Shown: positions 17,281-30,419 of the stretch, in pieces | How positions within the stretch are numbered: the first letter of the stretch is position 1 | How the letters are laid out: each line of letters begins with the position of its first letter | NCBI GenBank assembly: GCA_951406725.2 | Contig: OX597816.1 | Span: 138,446,001 to 138,510,000, forward strand | DNA length: 64,000 nucleotides | Origin: Octopus vulgaris | Lineage: Eukaryota | Direction: 5' to 3' | The notes under the pieces: model-generated | What the model saw: only the letters and a program-made list of their open reading frames with translations | Databases searched by the model: none | Told to the model about the DNA's origin: nothing | Made by a program: the position numbers and the translations under genes

Positions 17281-17305
17281 CTTATAAATAAACATATATA
17301 TGTGT
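16985..17305. repeat. Inverted repeat (fold-back) with arms at about 16985-17107 and 17151-17305 around a (TA)n(GA)n spacer
   Basis: ATAAGATAAAGACATACGTACGTATATACAATGATATATTTGTGTAAATATGCGTATG (about 17039-17096) is the near-perfect reverse complement of CATACGCATATTTACACAAATATATCATTGTATATATGTTCGTATGTCTTTATCTTAT (about 17165-17222). Confidence 0.9.
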
Positions 17306-17313
17306 GTGTATTC

Positions 17314-17355
<42 letters not shown>

Positions 17356-17472
17356 ACACGCACACACACACACACACATATATATATTTATATAAATATA
17401 TGTAATTACATAAAGATTGTTGGTGACTGTTTTCCTTCGTCTTCCTTTTCTCTTGGACTTTCCTCTGTCTCC

Positions 17473-17509
17473 TGTTTCTGAAGAAGAGCTTTGCTCAAAA
17501 CGTAAAACA
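17473..17509 (+). ncRNA. Minimal type-I hammerhead motif (canonical CUGAAGA core, G12 mutated to A) inside a short element at about 17410-17630
   Basis: TGTTT-CTGAAGA-A-GAGC-TTT-GCTC-AAAAC-GTA-AAACA. Stem I is TGTTT/AAACA, stem II is GAGC/GCTC, and stem III is the palindrome ACGT. Confidence 0.7.
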
Positions 17510-17666
17510 CCCTTTTTCTCATTCCCTAAGTGTGTTTTAATACTTTGCTTGTACCACGTCCTCGCGTTGTTTACGTTCTTATTTTTTTTGTTTATTTTTT
17601 TTTTTGGGGGGGGGCGAGATTAGTTTCATGAACACACACACTTACATGTATGCATATTATATATAT

Positions 17667-17694
<28 letters not shown>

Positions 17695-17699
<5 letters not shown>

Positions 17700-17860
17700 A
17701 CGGATTTCTTTCAGTTTTTCATCTACCACATCCACTTGCAAGGCTTTGCTCGGCCTGAGGTTACAGTAGAACACTCTTGGCCAAGGTGATACGCAATGTG
17801 ACTGAACCTCGAACCATGTGGTTAGTAAGCAAGCTTCTTACCACATAGCCACGCCTGCGC
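17695..17860 (-). mobile_element. SINE family B partial copy
   Basis: Matches the family B head (…GAACCATGTGGTTAGTAAGCAAGCTTCTTACCACATAGCCACGCCTGCGCC). Confidence 0.8.
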
Positions 17861-18129
17861 CTTGTTTAGGTTTACAACACTCTTTGAGAGAAGGTGTTTC
17901 TGTGGCCGGAAACATCTGTTTCTTGCAATAAATACATTTAAAGCAATATTTCCTTCTTGGGCCCTTAAAATACCACTGTAGATCCCTAATTTATTATTTT
18001 GCTTGAGTGAACCCCGACCCCTACCACCACCAAAAAAAAAATTATTATATGTATCCCTAGGTGCCATATGGACCCCGGTTGAAAACCACCGTTCTAAATG
18101 TTCTCTGAGATAGCTCCAACACGGATGTC

Positions 18130-18280
18130 ATTTTCTTTCACGTCAGTAAACGTTTCGACAGTCGGCCGCAGTATTGTGTTGAACAAAAGAAAAGTATCCA
18201 ATTGTGGAATCTATGGAATGCTGCTGCAGTGGATTCAATGTTACTTGGCAAACAGAACCCATGTTATGATCGACACATTT
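18130..18280 (+). mobile_element. Small CR1/L2-like LINE reverse transcriptase fragment
   Basis: Reads VSNCGIYGMLLQWIQCYLANRTHV, like the GIxGxLLxWIxxYLxxR motif of CR1-group RTs. Confidence 0.5.
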
Positions 18281-19739
18281 TACAAAAAAACAACCCAATT
18301 TATCTTATTTCTGTATTGCCGATTGTCTGGGTGGTCGCACATTGTCTTGTATATGGGTCGTTTTCAGTTTCTTAATCGGTCTCTACCATCTCGTTAGTGG
18401 CTTCTCTAAGCTTTATGATTAATTCCAAGTGCTGTTCTCAGTTTGTTGTACATCACGTTCCAGAAAATTCAAGGAAAATCACTGCGACTTTCCGCCCCTA
18501 TCGTTGGCTCTTGAACATCTTGACAGTATGACATCGTTAGACTGGGGACTAAATAAACAAACGTATATGCATCAGCGTCAAACGGTTTCAGTAGATCACA
18601 ACCTTTCACTCTTCTCTCTTTCAAACGGGATGTCAACTGTTGAGGTATATACACTTTCCGATACCCAAAGTTTTCCCTTCTTTGATGCATTCTGACCACT
18701 GTCCAATTGCGCGTGATTCGCTAATCAATCGTGTGACTGTGATGCACGAATGAATTCGCTCAATCGCTAGTAAAGCGTTTCAAAGTCGCACTTGATGGTC
18801 TCTCAATACGTAGCTTGTCTTCATTGCTAGTGTCCCCTTTTTTATTCATTCATCTGTGCATATTGCGTTTGTCATCTTTGTAGACAACCTATAACATTTT
18901 TGTGGATGTCGAACATTTGTATTCCTCCTTCGTCAAGAAATCAATTGAGGCGTTCAACTTAAAAACCGAGAAAAATCCAGTTTTGCGAAATGCGACATCT
19001 CGGCAAGCTGGTTTTGGTCTTAAAATGACCGTGAAGACCTACTCTAATCATTCCACCTATGTAAAATTATTTATTTAAGTATGCAGCTGAGAGATGAAAC
19101 AATGACTGTGTCTTTCTCAGTTTGTAGAATATACCGGTGCTACGAAACAGTGCATCGTATTGCATATTTTAGCGATAATACCGAGAAAAAACAGAGACCC
19201 CACTCTAAAGGTATTGTTTGTGTTTTAATATATCAAGGTAAGTATCTTTAAGAGGTAAGTAAGACAAGATAGTAAGATAATAGCCCATTATCGTTACGAT
19301 GGTAATGAAGAATATTAGAAAATGAGCCATAATACCTCGAAAAACGATACAGGAACCACACCAAAGTTATTGGTTGAGCGTGTGTGCTTATAATGGAGTG
19401 TTACTAAACTCTCTGGTCCAAGTCTGGATGAGTGAGCGTCGTGCCAATAGCGTCGAGGTACAAGTCATTTTCAGTCGGATTTTAGACTTTATTGTAAGAC
19501 TCACCGGTTCTTCCTCCAAACGTCTTCGGACTCTTGACGTCGAGACCAAAGAAAATGATATACTAACCTCGAAAATGGCCGAGGTGGCGCTTACGACACC
19601 CTATTACTAAATGCCTCAATCATAAGAGGTTGCGTTTTATTGGAAACCATTATTTACCTGCAATGAAAAATAGGATGAGGAAGATATTTGAGAGTAAGGA
19701 TTACTCCACCAATATGTGCAATTTGAAAGTGTGTGTATG

Positions 19740-19815
<76 letters not shown>

Positions 19816-19820
19816 GCTAG

Positions 19821-19854
<34 letters not shown>

Positions 19855-19959
19855 GTCTATCTATCTGTCTGTTGTCTGTCTGTTTGTCTGTCTGTATGTC
19901 TGTCTATCTATCTCTAAATACACACACATGCATATATACATATATATATACGCACACAC

Positions 19960-19990
<31 letters not shown>

Positions 19991-20030
19991 TGTATGTATG
20001 TATGTATGTATCTATCTATCTATCTATCTA

Positions 20031-20085
<55 letters not shown>

Positions 20086-20337
20086 GTATGTATTTATGTA
20101 TATATGTATGTGAAGGAGCTGATTTCTAACAAAGATACAAAGTTCTAACTTAGAAATGTAGATAACGAAAGCAATGACACATTTTAAACCTGAGAAAAGC
20201 GTTACATAGGTTTACTGTTCCACTTACAGATTGTATTTATAATGTGCGAATCAGTTGGCTGATTTCTTTTTCTCTATGTATGTATGTATGTATGTATGTA
20301 TGTATGTATGTATGTATGTATGTATGTATGTATGTAT

Positions 20338-21330
20338 GCGGGTTGACCTAAAAGTCCGTTTGGGTCTTTTGAGCGAAAACAACACAAGTTTTAAACACAG
20401 CGATTTATTCAATGAATGATATAAATGCCGTTTTGTTTCCAGTATCTTTTGCCAACTTGTGGGCAGATCCGGTATTCTCTGTTCAAAGCATTTCCTGTAC
20501 TGGCAAATTTCTACATCCTTTTTAGAGACTCAATGAATTTTTAAGAAACCGAAATAGAAATAAATCTGAAAATGCAAGGTTGTGCGAATACGGAGAGAGC
20601 AGAAAAATTCCCGAGTCAGTCCCAGTAAGGAGGAGTGGCTGTGTGGTAAGTAGCTTGCTAACCAACCACATGGTTCCGGGTTCAGTCCCACTGCGTGGCA
20701 TCTTGGGCAAGTGTCTTCTGCTATAGCCCCGGGCCGACCAATGCCTTGTGAGTGGATTTGGTAGACGGAAACTGAAAGAAGCCTGTCGTATATATGTATA
20801 TATATGTATATATGTATATATATGTATATATGTGTGTGTGTATGTGTGTGTGTTTGTCCCCCTAGTACTGCTTGACAACCGATGCAGGTGTGTTTACGTC
20901 CCCGTCACTTAGCGGTTTGGCAAAAGACACCGATGGAATAAGTACTGGGCTTACAAAGAATAAGTCCCGGGATCGATTTGCTCGACTAAAGGCGGTGCTC
21001 CAGCATGGCCGCAGTCAAATGATTGAAACAAGTAAAAGAGTAAAAAGAGTAAAAGAGTAAAGAGTAACTTCTGCTGTGTCTGCAAAGAAGTATGCAGTCT
21101 GGCATTGTCATGATGAAAGGCAATACTTTTACAATTAGTAAGTGTTGCACGCTTCTGGTATATAATTTGTCCCGCTGGTCACAGTACACATCCGAACTAG
21201 TGGTCTCCTGCCCGTGTGAAGAAGCTCGTAAAAAACAACGTCCTTCCAATCCCACCAAACAGAAATTAGGCTGAAGCCTGTTGGATTGTATATGGTAACG
21301 AAGAATATTTCCTTGTTTAACACAACAACT
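20338..21330 (-). mobile_element. Decayed mariner (3' part with TIR), interrupted by a family B SINE
   Basis: Fragments LISVWWDWKDVVFYELL, HDNARLHTSLQTQQKL and PYSHNLAFSDLFLFRFLKNSL. The terminus GCGGGTTGACCTAAAAGTCCGTTTGG (20338) resembles the TIR at 3791-3819. Confidence 0.8.
20628..21067 (+). mobile_element. Full-length SINE family B (tRNA-like head, CORE-like segment, internal microsatellite, LINE-like tail)
   Basis: GAGTGGCTGTGTGGTAAG (A box), GGGTTCAGTCCC (B box), GTGGCATCTTGGGCAAGTGTCTT, an internal (TA/TG)n, and tail GGCGGTGCTCCAGCATGGCCGCAGTCAAATGATTGAAAC(AAGAGTAA)n. AGTAA flanks both ends. Confidence 0.9.
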
Positions 21331-21614
21331 TGGTAAGTGTAGAGAAAACAAAGAAGAGAAGAATGGTTACCATCGCATGACTGATATTGTTATCGACTTC
21401 GTAACGCTAAAATACAACGTGTCCTTACTCTAGAAGAAACAGAGGCGTGTTGAGTTATGGGTTTGGGGTAGTAAAATCTATTTATTTCAGTAGCAAAGAA
21501 AAAAAAGTTGCCTGGGAAGTAACCAGAGAATGTAGGCAGCGTGGACGGGCCGATGGGCTTTTACGACACAGAACATATATGTATATATATATATGCATCC
21601 GTGTATATATACAT

Positions 21615-21814
21615 ATGTTGGAATGTTGTCAGTGAACAGGTCGAGGTCTCAAAGCGACGAAAACATTTTGACAAATAAAATTTAAATGTTGAAGTGAATC
21701 TAACGGTTTTTGTGTGTCTTTAAATGGCTTATAAACACCTTCCACGCTGCAATTGTTTTTGTTTCAGCACGCGACCTCAGATCAGATCACTTGCTATGCT
21801 AGTACATCTCCGTA

Positions 21815-21817
<3 letters not shown>
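21615..21817 (+). mobile_element. About 200-bp non-autonomous element carrying the G3-C8 hammerhead and ending in (TA)n; its 3' end recurs at about 45237-45275 (-)
   Basis: The 3' end TCAGATCACTTGCTATGCTAGTACATCTCCGTAAG(AT)n is present as reverse complement at 45237-45273, also abutting (TA)n. Confidence 0.6.
21626..21674 (+). ncRNA. Minimal type-I hammerhead-like motif with swapped G3-C8 core (GUGAACA)
   Basis: TTGTCA-GTGAACA-G-GTCG-(11-nt loop)-CGAC-GAAA-ACATTT-TGACAA. It has a 6-bp stem I, a 4-bp stem II, GAAA in register and a near-palindromic stem III. Confidence 0.6.
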
Positions 21818-21858
<41 letters not shown>

Positions 21859-21895
21859 TGTGTGTGTGTGTGTGTATGTATGTATATATGTAGAA

Positions 21896-21935
<40 letters not shown>

Positions 21936-21942
21936 CACCTAT

Positions 21943-21995
<53 letters not shown>

Positions 21996-22296
21996 TAGAT
22001 ATGATAGATAGATAGATATATGTTTCTTTATATATAGAGCTTTTCTTTTGATAAAGGAAAAAAATATATAGTTTCGATCAAAGGGATCGTAAAAGGAGAG
22101 AAGAGGACAAAAAAGGAGGTGGGTTAAAAAAAAAAGGGGGAGAGGAAAAAAAAATTGATCAGTAGAGATCGTTATCACAGAAATGTCAATATGAAGTGTA
22201 AAGGGGAGGACAGGTGAGGTTTACCCGTGGAAAGAAAAGCAGATAGATAGATAGATAGACAGATAGATAGACAGATAGATAGATAGATAGATAGAC

Positions 22297-22381
<85 letters not shown>

Positions 22382-22404
22382 TGTGTATATATGTATATAT
22401 ATAT

Positions 22405-22935
22405 GCATCTTTTATCTTTTGTGGGTTTCAGCCAGAAGCCGAGGCCATGCTGGTGCACCGCCTTTACTGCATCCGGGGATGTTTCCAGTATTGCTTCTGG
22501 TGAAGTAGCGAGTTGGACGTTGCCACCCTTCTTTGTGCCTCCTGCCGCGATGTGAGTTCATCCGGTATTGCAGATAAAAAATTATTTAGATGTATTTTGA
22601 AAACGTCCATGTTTACACCTTGCAGATCCCTGAAAGTTCTGTGGTAGGGCATTAGAAAAAGTTGTGGTCCCTTGAATCACAAATCATTACAATATTGGGT
22701 TCGTATCCTCGATGGAGAAGCGGGGACCTTTGCTACTGTGCAGTGCCGTTCAGTTCGGGGATTGTTGTAGATTTCGATTCCGAAATTTGGAGTTAGACCC
22801 TCCATTATTTTATCATATGTATAGCACTCTTTCTGTGAACTCTCTCCTAGTAGAGTCCCAGTTAAGTGTTTTCTGAGTCTATCTTCTTTGTGTAGTGGCG
22901 CTGGATCGCTTATTCCCTTGGGCCCGCAGTCAGTG
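22405..22935 (-). mobile_element. 3' end of a non-LTR retrotransposon (CR1/L2-group-like ORF2 C-terminus plus 3' tail)
   Basis: Reads RTGRHCTVAKVP…KGPQLF…RDLQGVNMDVFKIHLNNFLSAIPDE…ATSNSLLHQ…*. The stop codon is followed immediately by GGCGGTGCACCAGCATGGCC, a hairpin, GAAAC and (AAAAGAT)n. Confidence 0.7.
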
Positions 22936-23144
22936 AGCCATTTTCATCAAACAGTGGCCTTATCGTTTATCGTACAGAGGAAGACTCTTTTGTGAACTTT
23001 TAGCAGGCGTTAAGGGTTTCTTTTATATTTTCCTCCGCCTTAGCTTCTCTGTTACCCTTTCTTTTTCGTGGAAGAGTCCGATTTTATTCTTAGTCTCTAA
23101 GAGCGCCATTTTGAGGCGTGCGTGTATGTGTGTGCGTGTGTGTG

Positions 23145-23190
<46 letters not shown>

Positions 23191-23685
23191 GATATATATA
23201 TATATATATATATGCACAGACATATACATACACTACAAGCACACATACATGTATATATGTATGTATTTGTGTATCTGTATGCATATATGTATGCATGCAT
23301 GTGTGCGTGTATATATGCGCGTGTGTGTGTGTGCGCGCGCACGTGTGAAGTTGGGTTTGTGTGCCTCTGTGACCGAGAAAGTGACAAAGAATACTCATCT
23401 TGCAGTAACCTGAGAAATCGCGTGACTACCGACCGTTTTGACCTACGATGTCTCCTCAGCCACGTGTCCTCTTCTCCTTGAGCTTTTATATGGAGTTTAT
23501 GCCTAAATGTGCGTGATGCTAAAAGGAAAGGAACATTGGTATATACTATTAGTATATATTTGCGTTAACGTCCCATTAAAATACATACATGTATACACAT
23601 ATACAAAGATGTGTGTATGCATGTATATATATTTAAGCATACGCACGTATGTATACGCATATACATATATACATATGTATATATA

Positions 23686-23741
<56 letters not shown>

Positions 23742-23805
23742 TGTGATTAACTCTAATACACACACACACACATATGTGTGTATATTTATACATGTACATG
23801 GATGC

Positions 23806-23868
<63 letters not shown>

Positions 23869-24573
23869 TGTGTATATGTATGAACGCAAGTCGGTATATA
23901 TTTACCTCTATGTATAGTGTACATTCCCTATTTGTAAACGTTTCTGACTCTCACATTTCTTGTTAAGTGTTATCGTAGTAAATGTCATTAAAAAGATATG
24001 ATTTGCATCACTGTTCATGTAGAGGCCATCGGGCTGACAGTTCAAATATATTGTGCGTAGATGTCAATGATTTTGAAATGAGAAGCTAAAGTAATGTTCA
24101 CATTTACGTCTAAACATGAAGACACATGACAATTCGGTTACAGCAAACGAAATTTAACAATCTGAAACATATACAAATTTTGTTTTTCTTTTACGGTTCA
24201 AGTAACGATAATAAACGACGAAAATGATATCAATAATGACGACGATGATGGTGATGAGAATGATGGTGATTCTTTCTACTCTTGGTACTAGGCCTGCAAA
24301 CGTGGGGGAAAATGGGCTTATCGATTATATCTACCACAGTGTTCAACTAGTAATTGTTTTATCGACTCAAAAGGATGAACGGTAGTTGATCTAAGCAAAT
24401 GTTTGTATTTAGAGAGAGAAAAGCTGAAATAAATACCGTAAAGCAAGTACCAATATAGCCTTAATAATCATTCTTGCAATAAAATATCGCTGAGTGTATG
24501 TTCGTATGATGTGACGTTGAGTGCATACATCACTCTCTATATCTATATCCCATATCTATCAATCAATCAATCA

Positions 24574-24628
<55 letters not shown>

Positions 24629-25808
24629 AATCAAACTATCTAGCGACAAGGAACGTTTATGATGACTGCTGATTTGCGCGGTAACTTTGTTTAAAGTGAT
24701 TAATAGTTGCGCGCCATCAACCTCACTCTTTCGTCTGTGACTAACTTTAATCTGGTTAGAAGACCAGCTCAAATTGAATGGGGTAAGAGACGGATGACCG
24801 AGATGTCTTACTTCCCTCACGTTGCTTTCAAAATTCCACAACGTCTTTCTCTTTTAGACCATGAAGGTTTCCTCCAGGTAGACCGCCTTATCTTGTCTTT
24901 ACACGCGTAAGTAGGAGGAAAGCCTTAATATGCTAGGTAATACATAGCAGGGATGCGGACAGATGCTACAATTCCAGGTCAGAACGGAACTGGGAACAAC
25001 AATGGCTTATAGGTGGTTCCACATTCCTCAAAAGCCTGGAACTCCCGAGCCTAGACCCAACTATCAGAGGGGGCTTAATGTCATACCTAGGATTGCGAGG
25101 TACACTAAGACCGTCGAACATAATAAAGGGATATTCTGGAAGGAAAAAATTCAGTTCCCGTGTTGGAGATCAATACTACAACTGTACAAGTTAAAGTCAA
25201 CTGTATGTAAAGATTATTTACTCTATTTTTGCCACATTAGGCAGCGTCATCTTTTGAGAAGTCCACTAATAGTAAGGCTGCTTGGATAGTTTTAGCATTG
25301 ACTCACTCATTGATTTTGCGAGGATCTTTCCAACGCTTGACCGATTTTTCCTGAACTTGCGGTATTTGTCCCGATCTCTGCGTTTAGAGTTCAAATTTCG
25401 CCATGATAAACTTCTGTGGTTTGAATTCAAATTTTCTTGATCCCAACTTTACCCTTAATTCTTACTGATGTGGATGAGAAATGTACCAATCTTGGGCAGT
25501 GTATTGGCAGGGCAGTAAGAATCCCGGACTAGATACTTTGCACTATTTAATTCGGCTCCTTGCGTTCTGTGTTCAAATTCCACTATGTCCCATTGAGCTG
25601 CTATATTTTTGAGCGGTTGAACATTATTACCAGAGAACTAGGGTGCCCACTCTCCTACAAGAAGATATCATAAAACTGGATCACATCACTGAGAATAATT
25701 CCTCCCTCGCTTCCACGGGTCTCGGACGCTCTTTATAGAGCAATAGACAATACCTTCCTTATTAAAAGATAATAAACGCATACATACATACATACATACA
25801 TACATACA

Positions 25809-25840
<32 letters not shown>

Positions 25841-26056
25841 CAAAATTTTATTGCCATTTCTTTTTGCTTTGACACAAGCTACACGGCTCCGAGATATTCA
25901 AGCAAGAAATCACCTGAAGATCGCAAGTGTCGTGAAACTCAGGTTATAAGAGAAAGAAATTTATTTTAAATCACTTACTTCACAACATGCAGTTTGTACA
26001 TTCTTTCTTCTGTCATTGACAAACTAGAACTTTTAGTGTTATATACATACATACAC

Positions 26057-26136
<80 letters not shown>

Positions 26137-27016
26137 ATATATATACATATATATATACATATATGCATGTGTGTGAACACACTAATGTTCTAATGTTGCA
26201 TATATATATATATAGATATGTATGTTTGTTTGTTTGTTTGTTTGTTTGTTTATGCTCAGAGAGAGAGAGAGCGAGAGACAAAGAGAGCGAAACGAGAGAT
26301 GTATACAGACACACACGGTGCACATACCTCATGCACACGAAACAATACTTTTCTGAAATATGTGATTCCATTACATTTCATGAATGTGGCCATTTAATGT
26401 GAAAACCTCTTCGAGCACCCACTGTTTTCGTGACTGTTTATAGCCTTCTCAAATTGCAGTTATCCGGAGATGCTTCGAAATAACACGACGCACTTGTGCA
26501 ATAACTGACGCATCTCCTGTCTAGCTGCTATAATAAAATGATGCTTTTTTAAGAATCGTAGACCTATGTAAGACAATCCGTTTGAATTCAAGTAGATTTC
26601 AAACGCTGTCGGTAAAATTCATACAATGCTTTTTATACGTGTATTGTGTTTCATAATTTCTGGAAGTCTAAATAAATCGTTTACTAATATGAATATGTAT
26701 CTATATATATATTATCTTTCGGTTCTTTTTCTGTCTTTCTCGATTTTCCTCACGCCGAACATCTGCGCTTCAGTCTTCTCGTTTACTCTACCATAACTCT
26801 GTCTTTTTGCATATCAATCTCTCTCCGTTTTCCCTCTCTCTTTCTCTCTCTCTGTCTCTCTCTCTCTCTCACTCTCTCTGTTATTCTCTCTCATTCTATC
26901 TCTCTTTTTCTCTTTCTCTCTTTCTCTCTGTATGTATGTATGTATATACATATATATATATATATATATATCAGTTTACTTATATATTCTCTCTCTTTCT
27001 CTCTTTTCTCTTTCTC

Positions 27017-27057
<41 letters not shown>

Positions 27058-27110
27058 GTAAGGAATATATAACGAAAGTTTAGACACGTATACATACACA
27101 TGCACACACG

Positions 27111-27179
<69 letters not shown>

Positions 27180-27676
27180 GCACATTATATCCACACATTT
27201 ATATTATGTATGTAAAATGTGTGTTTACTTAGGTAGAAACATATAAATGTATATGTATATACACACACACACATACATTTATTTATCATGTTATGCCAAG
27301 ACGTGCTGCACTGTGCAAGAATTTTCAACTCGAGTCAAATTATAACAAACTATTCTAAATCATTGTTAGAGTATGAGCATAAGTAGAGTAAAGAATGGCC
27401 AGTTTGTACTGGCATCGAGTCATATAAGCTGTAGTAACGAAGTGAAACCAAATAGTGATATTTTGAAAACATTTAATACGTACGTTTTAGGTTTGCTTAA
27501 TATATAATAGGAAATGCATCCATTACGTAAAAGTTCCTCAGTTTTAGCTTTCCAAAAATATAATGACATTGATGGAAAATTCTAAATATATGTGGTTAGA
27601 GCAGTAAGTCAGCGTAGTAACGAAGATAGAAAGACATATATATAACTATTATTATATATATGTGTGTGTGTATAAA

Positions 27677-27707
<31 letters not shown>

Positions 27708-27711
27708 TTAT

Positions 27712-28351
<640 letters not shown>

Positions 28352-28544
28352 ATATATATATATATATACATATACGTATATATTCATATATACACACAAG
28401 CATACTTATATACCTACATACACATATACATGCAGATACGCGTACATGGCAATAACAAGACTCGTAACCCCTAAGGGGTTGTTGGGGTGCAGCAGCCGTG
28501 CAGAGTATTTAGGGCGAGAAAGCCTGGTGGAGCCCATCCTTCTT

Positions 28545-28692
28545 CAGGCTAAACTCATTTCTACAGTTGAGTGGACTGGAGCAATGTGTAATAAAGTGTT
28601 TTGCTCAAGAGCACAACGCATCGCCTGGTCCAAGAATCGAAACCACGATCTTACAATTGTGAATCCAACCACTAAGCCAAGCGTCTCCACGC
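28545..28692 (-). mobile_element. tRNA-derived SINE fragment (related copy at about 29620-29865)
   Basis: GAGTGGACTGGAGCAATGTG.AATAAAGTGTTTTGCTCAAG…GAATCGAAACC…AACCACTAAGCCA is shared between the loci. Confidence 0.7.
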
Positions 28693-28737
28693 GTACATAC
28701 GAATACATAAATACATACATATACACAGATACAGGCT

Positions 28738-28787
<50 letters not shown>

Positions 28788-28842
28788 CGTTGGCGATTTC
28801 TTTTCCTCTGTCTTCCCTTCTCTGGATCTTTCCTTCTCCTAT

Positions 28843-28877
28843 GTTTCCGACAAAGAGCTCTGCTCGAAGCGTTAAAC
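28843..28877 (+). ncRNA. Decayed minimal hammerhead motif in a (TA)n-flanked short element at about 28785-28980 (related to 17410-17630)
   Basis: GTTT-CCGACAA-A-GAGC-TCT-GCTC-GAAGC-GTT-AAAC. The downstream CCACGTCCTCGCGTTGTT is shared with about 17554. Confidence 0.55.
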
Positions 28878-28974
28878 CCTCCTTCTTCTCTTCCATCCTG
28901 AGCGTCCAATAATATTATATTTGTTCCACGTCCTCGCGTTGTTGTGTTTTCTCTTTGTGTTTTCATGTTTGGAT

Positions 28975-29029
<55 letters not shown>

Positions 29030-30419
29030 ATATCAGGCCGTTCTAGCTGTATAAGATTGTGTGTATATATATGTATATGTGTGTGTTAGACCTCACCCCT
29101 GCCCATTGCTCGACTGTTTAACAACCAACGTTGGTTTGTTTACATTTCCATAACTTATGGGCTCTGCAAAAAACACAGATAGAATAAGTGCCCCACTTTA
29201 AAAAAATCATAATTACTGTGATCTATTGGTTCGACTAAACTCTTCAAGTGGTGCCCCAGCAGGGCTGCAGTCAAATGAAAGAAAGAAGTAATATATAAAT
29301 GTTTTGTGCTGCTGAAGCAGTCGTCATCGGTTATTTATAAGCGTCCGAGAATTTTCAGTTTCCTCATGATTATGTGATCCTTCCATATTGATGAGGTTGG
29401 TTGATGGCTTATGCGAAACTAATGGGATCAGAGACGAATTGGCGAAGGGCATTTCTCCCTCGATTTTTTTAATTTTTTTTGGAAACGATGTAATTCCAGT
29501 GATGATAGAGTTATGCCAGTTGTAAAAGAATTCTGAGCTTCTGCTTTCAATGTTTTTATTCCAGTAATTTTGAAGAATGAATTTAAAGGCTGACAGGATA
29601 TCCAAAAGGTCTTCGGTAGGTAAAGGTTAGGTAGAGGTTACCTTCTCGAATCATACTGACTCATAAGGGCCTGTTTCCCGGTTTCCATGACGTATAAAAT
29701 CCGTGGCAGGATTACTCATTTTTGCCCGCTGTGTGGACTGAAACAACGTGAAATGAAGTGTTTTGCTCAAGAATACAATGCGTCGCCCAATTCAGGAAAA
29801 AGAACCGGGCGACAATCTTACAATCATGAGTTCAACACCTTAACCATTAAGCCACGCGCCTCCACAACATGGTCTTTATTCATTGGTTAATTCTCTGAAG
29901 AAGATTTTACGAGGAAATCTCTTCCTTCATTCTGACCATAAGTTTAGCAATGTAAACACACATCCATAATTCATGTATTCTCACCATCTTGTCTCACGAG
30001 TGGCAAAACAAGATGGCGATGATACTTGACTGTCTTCAGATAATTTACAAACGCAATAGTCAATGACGAATGGTCGCTCTACATGGTCACTGTATCTGCT
30101 AGTAATAACAGCCGAATCTCTGTCAAATAACACTCTACTGTCTTAAAAATTTAAGGACACAAGGTAAGACGTATGATTGAAGATGGTAAGTATCTTTATG
30201 GTTCAGTTTAGCGATAAATCAATAAAGTGTAGATCTGTAGTATATTATAAGGATTTTATTTGATCCAAGAATCAATTAATCTTAGCTATTTAAAGATTTT
30301 GTTGATACACCATATAATTAACAGATTCCTTGTGATGAATTCTTCAAGTGTTTATTGTTCCATCGTATTGATTTCGCGCCTGGAGGCACAGACGACGGTT
30401 ATGTTAGCTACTGTTAATT

